A stretch of DNA of 15,932 nucleotides from Salinispira sp. (lineage in GTDB: Bacteria; Spirochaetota; Spirochaetia; DSM-27196; Salinispiraceae). The stretch spans positions 1 to 15,932 of the forward strand of contig CBDDDG010000013.1 in NCBI GenBank assembly GCA_965226555.1, written 5' to 3'. The position numbers and the translations under genes were made by a program. Positions 1 to 7,353 of this stretch are shown here, in pieces (the stretch's first letter is position 1; each line of letters opens with the position of its first letter). The notes under the pieces were generated by a model. The model was given only the letters and a program-made list of their open reading frames with translations. It searched no databases and had not been told where the DNA came from.

Positions 1-195
1 GTCTCCTTCTTCATACAAGATGGCGAGAACTGTTCCCGATTCCTCACTTTCAACCTCAACCGATGCCTTGTCGGTTTCTACAGAGCAAAGGATATCGCCG
101 CCCGTAACGGTGTCGCCGACTTTGATCCGCCATTCCAGTATGAGACAACTTTCAACTGTATTGCCCTGTTTGGGCATGAGTATTGTGGAAGCCAT
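1..195 (-). CDS. 2-oxo-acid dehydrogenase E2 (dihydrolipoamide acyltransferase), N-terminal lipoyl domain; runs off the left edge
   Basis: Not in the ORF track; translated by hand from ATG at 195: MASTILMPKQGNTVESCLILEWRIKVGDTVTGGDILCSVETDKASVEVESEESGTVLAILYEEGED. ETDKA is the lipoyl-lysine motif. AAGGA RBS lies upstream. pdhC, sucB and acoC cannot be distinguished from this fragment. Confidence 0.9.
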   Translation of the reverse strand, partial: MASTILMPKQGNTVESCLILEWRIKVGDTVTGGDILCSVETDKASVEVESEESGTVLAILYEEGD

Positions 196-258
196 ATATG
201 ATCCTTATAGAAAGTATAGAAGAAAACAGAGAAGAAGATCAAGTGATGGAAAAATTTC

Positions 259-771
259 TCAGGATTCTTCCATCCGATTCTGTTTTTTTGATGATGCCTG
301 TAGTTCACGGTCAAAGGCGGCAGCGAAATTGTGCGCATCGCGGGGGAAAAATCTTCGTTCGCCGCTCCCGATGCCTGCGCCGCGGGCGCTGATTCCGCTA
401 CTGGTGCCGAGCGCGGTGTTTAGGGCATTTTTGCTCATGGAATGACGCTGGCTGAGCAGGGGGCGGATGTTTTCCTGTGTATAACAAACCCCCCGATCAT
501 TAATAACCCTGTTGCCGCGTTCAACAAGTTCGGCAGTGAGGGGGATGTCTCGGGTAATAATAAGATCACCAGTATCAAGCAGTCGGAGAATTTCCCGATC
601 TGCCGCATCATCACCCGCTTCAACCTGAACCATCCGAACTTTGGGAACACGCGGAAGCGGAATAGGCCGCGCTGCTACGAAAAGCGCCGGAATGTTTTGT
701 TTTACGGCGGCTCGAATAATTATCTGCCGTATTCTTGCCGGGCAGGAATCGGCATCAACAAGTATTTTCAT
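259..771 (-). CDS. YaiI/YqxD (UPF0178) family protein
   Basis: MKILVDADSCP...DAAD...IITRDIPL...GVCYTQENI are family motifs. The ATG at 771 overlaps the manA stop (TAATG), consistent with translational coupling. Confidence 0.9.
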   Translation of the reverse strand: MKILVDADSCPARIRQIIIRAAVKQNIPALFVAARPIPLPRVPKVRMVQVEAGDDAADREILRLLDTGDLIITRDIPLTAELVERGNRVINDRGVCYTQENIRPLLSQRHSMSKNALNTALGTSSGISARGAGIGSGERRFFPRDAHNFAAAFDRELQASSKKQNRMEES

Positions 772-2021
772 TACCGCCATTCACCGATGCCATTCACCGA
801 TGCCAGAGCGAATGATGTTTCACATGAACCCGCCCTGACTGAGAGTTCCGCATCATTTGCATTGGAGCAGGCAACAAAGGCAGCTTCACCGGTCTTCAGA
901 AGAAGTTCTTCCCGGGAAGACCGGATTGCTGCTTCACCATTCAGCATGAGTATAATGCCCATATCCTCTCCGAGTTTTTCTGCAGCCCGCAGATTCAGGA
1001 ATGAATCTGCCGGCACATCCATTACTGCAATACGGAATTCAGGCGCAAAACTTTCATACCAGCCCTCTGCGGATCTGAGCGGCCGTGTCGGATCGTCAGC
1101 ATGAAAGTGTATAACAGAGAGCAGCTCAGGAACATCAACATGCTTCTGCGTGCATCCACCCCGAAGAACATTGTCGGAGGTGGCCATAATTTCTAATCCG
1201 GTACCCTGAAGATAGGCATGAAGAATACCAGCCTTCATGAAGAGCGCCTCACCTCTTTTCAGGTTCAGAAGATTAAGATAAAGAGGCGCCAGACATCCCG
1301 GGTCGCCGGGAAACTGCCGGTGTAATTCACGGACCCAGTACCACTGCATTTCGCTGTCTGCACCGTTCCTGCCACGCGCAGCATTCCCGCCACATCCGCG
1401 GGAGGCAATTTCACTGAGAGCAGTTTCCATGAGAAGCGACTGATCCGTTTTTTTACTTCTCATAAGGCTTGAGTAGAATGTTCTGAGTATGGTATCGCTC
1501 TTTGAAGGGGGACTTCCCGCGCCCCCGTCAAGAATTGCAAGGAGTTTCTCGAGAATTGGCGGAGGTGATGTTCCGGCGATTATACGAAAATGTTCTGCGA
1601 TAATACTGGGCTTTCTGAAACCGCTGAGTGCCCAAAAATCTTCCATGGCCACAAGACATTCCGGCTTATAATTCCTATCCCGATAGTTCCGCTCGGGTGC
1701 CCCAATGTCAATTCCCTGTCTGTTTTCACGCTCGAAGCCCAGTTCTGCCTGACCTTTGCTCGGGTGGGCCTGAATGGAGAGGCTCCCATCTGCCGAGAGA
1801 ATTTTGAATAGGAAGGGAAGCTGATGTGTAGGGAGAAGCTGCCGCAGATCGCAGGCGCCCCGTGTTTCCGGTATGAGAATACTCGCTCCACGTTCGTGAG
1901 TGCCGTACCAAAGCTCGGCAACAGGATCATTGCCCGGGTTCGGTATTCCAAAAATTCTTTCAATTCTCTCCCTGCTCCCCCAAGAATAATACATGGCTGC
2001 AGGCTGAATTTTGTAGATCAC
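771..2021 (-). CDS. manA: Mannose-6-phosphate isomerase, class I
   Basis: Motifs YSWGS, ELWYGTH, LPFLFKIL, LSIQAHP, KPE, HAYLQG and EIMATSDNVLRGG. GTG start at 2021 with AGAGGG RBS chosen because the longer ORF-track start runs into the IS end. Confidence 0.93.
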   Translation of the reverse strand: MIYKIQPAAMYYSWGSRERIERIFGIPNPGNDPVAELWYGTHERGASILIPETRGACDLRQLLPTHQLPFLFKILSADGSLSIQAHPSKGQAELGFERENRQGIDIGAPERNYRDRNYKPECLVAMEDFWALSGFRKPSIIAEHFRIIAGTSPPPILEKLLAILDGGAGSPPSKSDTILRTFYSSLMRSKKTDQSLLMETALSEIASRGCGGNAARGRNGADSEMQWYWVRELHRQFPGDPGCLAPLYLNLLNLKRGEALFMKAGILHAYLQGTGLEIMATSDNVLRGGCTQKHVDVPELLSVIHFHADDPTRPLRSAEGWYESFAPEFRIAVMDVPADSFLNLRAAEKLGEDMGIILMLNGEAAIRSSREELLLKTGEAAFVACSNANDAELSVRAGSCETSFALASVNGIGEWR

Positions 2022-2170
2022 GGCATCCCTCTTACCCGCAACACGGGCTTTATGAAAAAGTTTCTCCCATAGTATGCGCACATTGCCGGACATTGTCGAG
2101 TCCGCGCATGGTTGAATTTGCACACACAATCCTGAGTAGTTGACGTATATCTGCATGCGTATTAATATAT

Positions 2171-2194
2171 CAGAACTTCCCCAACAATTTTTTT
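2171..2194. repeat. IS terminal inverted repeat (left in window)
   Basis: CAGAACTTCCCCAACAATTTTTTT is the exact reverse complement of 3773-3796. Preceded by TSD TTAATATAT. Confidence 0.95.
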
Positions 2195-2376
2195 GACGGG
2201 ATTTTGACAGAATAATGGAGGGAGATTTTGCCCTTGAGCAGTGAGTATGTGGCGGGAATACCGGGCGCATAGACCACCCCCGCCGCAGAACCGCCGGTCT
2301 GCGTTGATTGTGTGTTAGTGATATGTAAGAAATCAACTCGGTAGACTGCCCTCGAAAACGACCGATTGTTCACTAC

Positions 2377-3552
2377 TTAGCTCAACACGGACATCCCTCC
2401 TGTGCGAATCTGCCATTTTATTCCCTTCCATATCCACTGCCCTGTTATTTTCCATGTTCGCTTAACAGGAAGCGTTTTTGTTACGACGCTCGCCAGCACA
2501 TGGTTGATACTGGTGAGAAAATTGACCCCCATGGCGATGCAGCTCAACAAACACACAGCGGCGATCTTGTTATGCGTCCGTACTCTCTTGGTGCCGGTAA
2601 GATACGACATGCGCTTAAACTCATCATTCTCTATGCTCCACCGCAGATGCGCAGCTTCCCGCGCAGCAGGCAATGACAGATGTACATCACTCGTAATTAC
2701 CCAGAACGTCTCCTTCCCTTCAGTGACCCGCAGCACCAGCACCGGCACACCATGCCATTCGTCAGGCACTGCCTCAATCTGGTAACTCGTTGATCGTTGA
2801 TAATCATACCCGCTCGCGGTTTGGACTGCATCATCATAGAACCCCAGTTTTTCCATATAGCGGGCTGCGCGATCAAGGAGCAAACGCTCATATTTCCGCG
2901 GAGTTCCATCCCGCTTTACCGAACGAAATTTCACCAGAATATGACGCTTTAATTTCGCGCAGATCAGATGAAGAAAGGGCTCACACAGGTAGAGCCCATC
3001 GAAAGTTAACAATTGCGGCAGGGTATCTCCTTCCCTCAAAAGCATTTCTTCAGACCCGCGCAGTTCGTGCCCTCTGCCCTTTATCGGTCTCACGACCTGC
3101 ACATACGTTCCTGTCTTTGTCGGTCGCGCCAGCACGGTGAACCAGACGCTCCCGAAGACACAGGTGCCATCGACAATACCGATACTCCGATGAACTCCCG
3201 TGTCCAGATAACACGATTCTTCAGCGGTACTCACTGACAACTTCATACTGGTTCCCACCATCGTCGTCACTTCATCCGGTATGATCTGAGGAATCACCCG
3301 TTGTATGGTACTGTCGGAACCGACCATATACCGTTTGCTGCCGAGTAACTTCCGAACATGTTTATTCCGAGCCAGATAATCGAGATCAAACAGACTCTTG
3401 CATGAAAATAATGGCATCGATATAATGAGAGCCATTATTTGTGATAGCTGAACAACCGGTCGTTTCCGAGGGTCGGTTAAATTGGTTGTTTTCAGCATCT
3501 GTCCGAGCCTTTGAATAAAGGTTCGGGCAACACTTTTTTTCTGAGAACACAT
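2377..3552 (-). CDS. DDE transposase (DDE_Tnp_1 / IS4-like)
   Basis: Candidate catalytic motifs GIVDGT, TFDGLY and HLRWSIENDEFK (YREK-like). Lies between the TIRs. Start 3552 chosen for the GGGAGGG RBS at 3556-3562. Confidence 0.9.
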   Translation of the reverse strand: MCSQKKSVARTFIQRLGQMLKTTNLTDPRKRPVVQLSQIMALIISMPLFSCKSLFDLDYLARNKHVRKLLGSKRYMVGSDSTIQRVIPQIIPDEVTTMVGTSMKLSVSTAEESCYLDTGVHRSIGIVDGTCVFGSVWFTVLARPTKTGTYVQVVRPIKGRGHELRGSEEMLLREGDTLPQLLTFDGLYLCEPFLHLICAKLKRHILVKFRSVKRDGTPRKYERLLLDRAARYMEKLGFYDDAVQTASGYDYQRSTSYQIEAVPDEWHGVPVLVLRVTEGKETFWVITSDVHLSLPAAREAAHLRWSIENDEFKRMSYLTGTKRVRTHNKIAAVCLLSCIAMGVNFLTSINHVLASVVTKTLPVKRTWKITGQWIWKGIKWQIRTGGMSVLS

Positions 3553-3572
3553 AGTCCCTCCCATAATTGGGA

Positions 3573-3601
3573 ATTGTACCGCGCATAAGTGGATTTTCGA
3601 A
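3573..3601 (-). promoter_or_regulatory. Putative transposase promoter (pIN)
   Basis: Minus strand TTCGAA-17 bp-TACAAT just upstream of the RBS. Confidence 0.55.
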
Positions 3602-3673
3602 GGGGGGTATGCTCATTTTGCGTGCAAAGAAGACTATGTTCAGGTATAATTTCAGTAAAAGTGAAATTTTTGA

Positions 3674-3702
3674 TTGACACAAAGCTTTTCATTAGGTAAA
3701 AT
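3674..3702 (+). promoter_or_regulatory. Outward-facing sigma70-type promoter inside the IS
   Basis: TTGACA (3674-3679)-17 bp-TAAAAT (3697-3702). A second candidate, GTGCAA-17 bp-TATAAT, lies at 3622-3650. Confidence 0.7.
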
Positions 3703-3772
3703 ACTCAGGAATTCTGTGATGTGTTGATGATTAGTAGATCATGAATGCGTATGAGAGTTCCTGCAATGGTCT

Positions 3773-3796
3773 AAAAAAATTGTTGGGGAAGTTCTG
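3773..3796. repeat. IS terminal inverted repeat (right in window)
   Basis: AAAAAAATTGTTGGGGAAGTTCTG followed by TSD TTAATATAT. Confidence 0.95.
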
Positions 3797-3814
3797 TTAA
3801 TATATGAGAAACTT

Positions 3815-3843
3815 TTGCATTTTGTAAAACTTTGTGATATTAT
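3815..3843 (+). promoter_or_regulatory. Putative native promoter of the lipoprotein gene
   Basis: TTGCAT-17 bp-TATTAT with an extended -10 TG at 3835-3836. Confidence 0.6.
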
Positions 3844-3916
3844 TCAGTAACCTTAGAAATAATGGCGGACGCCGTCAGATTTTTTCTGAGGAAAAATTAC
3901 CTTGGAGGTAACATAT

Positions 3917-5581
3917 ATGAAAATTATGTCATACAGAGGAATAACTCTTTTCACTTTCTGTGCAATGGTTATTGTGTTAATGGCGGGGTGTCCGATGCTA
4001 ACCGCGTCGCCTGCCATGTATTCTCCAACTCTCACAGCGGGAAGCGAACAGCTTACCGCATCGTGGGTTGATCCGACTACATGGAATTGGGGGGAGAACA
4101 ACGCAGGAAACGATATTACTGAATATCATCTGCGTTATCGGGAAGACGGTAGCGAGGGCTGGACGGAGATTACCTCCGGTATTACCGGCACAAGCCACAC
4201 CATTACCGAGCTGACAAACGGTCTCAGTTATGTTGTGCAGGTGCGTGCCGTCAACGCGCAGGGCACCGGCGGCTGGTCGGCATCTGCCACGGCAACACCT
4301 ACTGCGCCCCCTGCCGCGCCGGGTACCATGGCTGCTCCAACCCTTTATGCGGGCACTGGGCGGCTTGTTGCGACATGGACTGCGCCAACCGATACCGGCG
4401 GCAGCCCCATTACCGGGTATGAGCTGCAATATCGCATAGGCGGCGGAGCATGGACACAAATTACCGAAGGCATCACCGGTACATACCACAGCATTACGGG
4501 ACTGACAAACGGCATTGTCTACGGAGTACAGATGCGCGCCGTCAATGCAGTCGGCGCTGGACCATGGTCTCCATTTGCAATAGGAAGGCCGCTACTACTA
4601 CGGACACAGACTCCTGCGGGTACGGCAAGGGTTGTAAGCCTTTCAGATGCCGTTAATGTCATTATTGCCAGTGAAAACCTCAGCGTTTATTTGATTACGG
4701 GCACTCACGGGGTCGATGACTCAGGAAACATTACGGTAAACCCCGCAACGACGCCTGTTGGGGTCACCCCGCCGACAGTTGATGAAAGTACCGGACTTGT
4801 TACGGTTACCGCAGGTACAACGGCAGGAACATATCTGGTATATGGCACTACTGGAACCGGAGATACAGCTACATTCCTGTTTGCCGAATATTTCTATGTT
4901 ACTGAAAGTCCAACAACTAAAGCTGAACTGAGCGCAGCGGTAACTACGGCGATAGGAGTCATCACCGACACCAATGACTCCGGAATCTGGGGCAATACTG
5001 CCGACCTCAACTACATTATTACCACGGCACTAACGGATATACGTGAACTATTCACTGGACAAATCGAATTCAATGGCGATATCTCGGGCTGGGATGTCAG
5101 CTCGGTAACGAATATGAGATCTATGTTCAATTACGCAAGCGCATTCAATGGTGATATCTCAAGATGGGATGTCAGCTCGGTAGAGAATATGCAATTTATG
5201 TTCAATAACGCAAGCGCATTCAATGGCGATATCTCAAGATGGGATGTCAGCTCGGTAGAGAATATGGGTGATGTGTTCAGTTTCGCAAGCGCATTCAATG
5301 GCGATATTTCCGGCTGGGATGTCAGTTTGGTAACGAATATGGGGGATATGTTCAATGGCGCAAGCGCATTCAATGGCGATATTTCCGGCTGGGATGTCAG
5401 TTCGGTAACGAATATGGATGATATGTTCAATAACGCGAACGTATTCGCTCAAGATCTTGAGGAATGGAAGGATCATTTGCCGCTCATTGATGCTTCCGGC
5501 ACATACACCGGAACCAAAAACAATATGTTTACGAATTCCGGCGTGACAGGTGATCTGATTCCCTCATGGTATGCAGAGTAG
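3917..5581 (+). CDS. Surface lipoprotein with two fibronectin type III domains and C-terminal DUF285 (BspA-like, 25-aa) repeats
   Basis: GGAGG RBS at 3904-3908. Signal peptide ends VLMAG-C. Two FN3 units (W..P...ITxYxLxYR...W...HxITxLTNG..Y.VQ.RAVN..G.G.WS). Five FNGDISxWDVSxVxNMxxMF-type repeats. Confidence 0.9.
   Translation: MKIMSYRGITLFTFCAMVIVLMAGCPMLTASPAMYSPTLTAGSEQLTASWVDPTTWNWGENNAGNDITEYHLRYREDGSEGWTEITSGITGTSHTITELTNGLSYVVQVRAVNAQGTGGWSASATATPTAPPAAPGTMAAPTLYAGTGRLVATWTAPTDTGGSPITGYELQYRIGGGAWTQITEGITGTYHSITGLTNGIVYGVQMRAVNAVGAGPWSPFAIGRPLLLRTQTPAGTARVVSLSDAVNVIIASENLSVYLITGTHGVDDSGNITVNPATTPVGVTPPTVDESTGLVTVTAGTTAGTYLVYGTTGTGDTATFLFAEYFYVTESPTTKAELSAAVTTAIGVITDTNDSGIWGNTADLNYIITTALTDIRELFTGQIEFNGDISGWDVSSVTNMRSMFNYASAFNGDISRWDVSSVENMQFMFNNASAFNGDISRWDVSSVENMGDVFSFASAFNGDISGWDVSLVTNMGDMFNGASAFNGDISGWDVSSVTNMDDMFNNANVFAQDLEEWKDHLPLIDASGTYTGTKNNMFTNSGVTGDLIPSWYAE
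5069..5443 (+). repeat. Five tandem 75-bp coding repeats (DUF285 units)
   Basis: TTCAATGG(C/T)GATAT recurs at 5069, 5144, 5219, 5294 and 5369. Confidence 0.92.
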
Positions 5582-5625
5582 TTTCATAGCCCGCAGCGGC
5601 TAATTGAAACGTTGCAATTCAACTC

Positions 5626-5811
5626 AGGCAGGCACGGATTTGCCCCGGACGCATGGGCGAGCAGGAGGCGCAAGCCTCCGACCAGCCCCGTGCCTGCCTT
5701 TTTTCGATAAGACGGCTGGTCGGCGCTCCGCGCTGCTTGCCATGCGTCCGGGCTGATCAAACAGTAATATCCCAAAATAATAAAACTTTTTACAAAGGCC
5801 TCGCGCGGAGC
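5626..5811. other. Highly structured GC-rich intergenic element (candidate ncRNA, attenuator or non-autonomous repeat element)
   Basis: Complementary pairs: 5644-5656/5740-5752 (13 bp), 5665-5669/5674-5678 (GCAA loop), 5678-5687/5714-5723 (10 bp), 5626-5637/5688-5699 (12 bp, running into T6) and 5725-5733/5803-5811 (9 bp). Confidence 0.55.
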
Positions 5812-6251
5812 ATTGTTCCGGGGAGCGTGCGTCAATACACCCTATAATACAGGGCGAATTCAACCATACGCTCACCCCCATTCCTGCCCACTCATCCCTC
5901 CTTCCCCCATTCCCGAAAAAAATTCACACATTTTGCAAAATTCTTTTCAAAAACATAGTCAAGAATGACATTTTACCCGTTATAGATATAGGAGGAATGT
6001 TTATGAAAAAATCATCCCAGAGCAAAGGCCATATCCACGACATAGCCTTCAAGATCGCCTACTACAGAACCCCCCGTATGATTCCCGACCTGCTGCGGTT
6101 GTTCTGTGAGGATACAACTCTTACCAAGCTGGATATGGACAAAATCCGCATTGAAACCCCCAGCTACATTGCAGGAAAAAAGAACCTTCTCTGCGATCTC
6201 GTTGTCAGCGCCCCCTTCCTGTCAGACCCCGACCGGAAGGCCCTGTTCATT

Positions 6252-6380
6252 ACTGAAAATTTTGCGGAGCAAAATTTTCCAATGAGGATTCTCTCATCTA
6301 TACTCTTGATTCTCTCACGGTATAGAAAGTTTTGCCTTGGAAAATTGTGCAAGCACAATTTCCAGTAGCAAAACTTTCGT
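6252..6380. mobile_element. Palindromic insert 1 (129 bp, AC...GT)
   Basis: Hairpin at 6255-6279, 45-bp linker, compound hairpin at 6325-6378. Removal gives ATT|ATT GAA CAT AAA AGC. Confidence 0.8.
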
Positions 6381-6435
6381 ATTGAACATAAAAGCTACCT
6401 GCACAAACACGTTCTCACACAGATTGATGACTATC

Positions 6436-6566
6436 ACAAAGTTTTGCCACAGGCAAAACTTTCTATGAAATAGGAGAATGCTAAGCACAAAGAAAGCATT
6501 CCGAATTTGAAACTTTTGCATTGGAAAATTGTGCAGAGCACAATTTCCAGTAGCAAAAGTTTCTGT
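6436..6566. mobile_element. Palindromic insert 2 (131 bp, AC...GT)
   Basis: AAAGTTTTGCC-ACA-GGCAAAACTTT hairpin, 45-bp linker, compound hairpin at 6509-6563. Removal gives TAT C|AA TAT GCC. Confidence 0.8.
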
Positions 6567-6941
6567 AATATGCCCTCAGAAACAGCAATGTGTACAATGA
6601 AAGGGATGCTATCTATATACTTCTGTTCTACCACGGAAAAAATAAATGGAACCTCCCGCTCACATTTTACAGTTCGCATGGAAATGCTGCTTCCGAATCC
6701 ATGACCGAAGGCACGGTGGATGTCAGGGCGAGAGTATCGTACATTGTGCGCGATCTGAGGCGAATGGACAAAAGGCAGTTGGCATGGCGTTTCGATGGAA
6801 AACGATATACATCAACTTCGTTGTGGTATATAATGCGAGATAATGAAATGAATGTTGAGGGGCTGAAAGAAATTGCGCAGCTCCTGAACGGTCTGTCTTC
6901 ACAAGACTTTACTGATCTGGCAGAGAGTGTGCTGGGCTATA

Positions 6942-7043
6942 ACAAAAGTTTTGCCACAGGCAAAACTTTCTATATCTTGAGAGAATCACGAATAGAGATG
7001 AGAGAATCCAGATTAGAAAATTGTGCGGAGCACAATTTTCGGT
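6942..7043. mobile_element. Palindromic insert 3 (102 bp, AC...GT)
   Basis: Hairpin, 45-bp linker (6971-7015), then GAAAATTGTGC-GGA-GCACAATTTTC. The frame is restored only if one flanking A is also removed (TAT|ATC AAA GAT). Confidence 0.78.
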
Positions 7044-7108
7044 ATCAAAGATCTAGATCCAAAACTGTATGAACAGTTTGAGAAAATTGACAGGGAACTG
7101 TTCCCTAG

Positions 7109-7340
7109 ACAAAGTTTTGCCACAACAAAGTTTTGCCTGAGGCAAAACTTTCTATACCGTGAGAGAATCAAGAGTATAGATGAGAGAATCCTCATTGAAA
7201 AATTGTGCAGAGCACAATTTTTCAGTGGCAAAACTTTCTACAAAATGAGAGAATGCCAAGCGCAACGAGGCATGCCAAATTTGAAACTTTTGCTACTGGA
7301 AATTGTGCTCTGCACAATTTTCCAATGCAAAAGTTTCAGT
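7109..7340. mobile_element. Palindromic insert 4 (232 bp): a 130-bp outer copy with a nested 102-bp copy at 7125-7226
   Basis: The outer copy is homologous to insert 2; the inner copy is homologous to inserts 3 and 1. Removal of the whole gives CCT AG|A GGA GAA AAC AGT ATG. Confidence 0.8.
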
Positions 7341-7353
7341 AGGAGAAAACAGT

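Larger units (their letters stand above)
2171..3796 (-). mobile_element. Complete insertion sequence, 1626 bp, DDE type (IS4-like clan)
   Basis: Perfect 24-bp terminal inverted repeats, flanking 9-bp direct repeat TTAATATAT (2162-2170 and 3797-3805), and a single transposase ORF. Confidence 0.95.

Noticed and set aside
2022..2336. N-terminal extension of ManA in the ORF track (521 aa)
   Set aside because: It runs through the TSD and TIR into the IS and carries no ManA motifs; chance open frame.
2171..3796. This IS as the mobiliser of the rpn inserts
   Set aside because: Its ends (CAGAACTTCCCC) and 9-bp TSD do not match the AC...GT, TSD-free inserts.
5069..5443. CRISPR array or diversity-generating retroelement TR/VR pair
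   Set aside because: These are in-frame coding repeats, differences are not adenine-specific, and there is no reverse transcriptase in the window.
5820..5873. Degenerate REP-like GGGCG...CGCCC hairpins (also near 13117-13138)
   Set aside because: Too imperfect to call without genome-wide copies.
5584..5880. tmRNA, tRNA, RNase P or SRP RNA
   Set aside because: GGGGGTG occurs on the minus strand near 5879, but I found no T-loop/CCA end, tag ORF or other family hallmark.
6366..6368. TAG readthrough or recoding to rescue rpn (insert 1 is in frame with a single TAG)
   Set aside because: Later junctions change frame, so readthrough alone cannot give full-length protein. TAG also serves as a normal stop for other genes here.
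6252..7340. CRISPR array (palindromic repeats with about 45-bp spacers)
   Set aside because: The linkers are homologous to each other, the repeats vary and nest, units are separated by rpn coding pieces, and there are no cas genes in the window.
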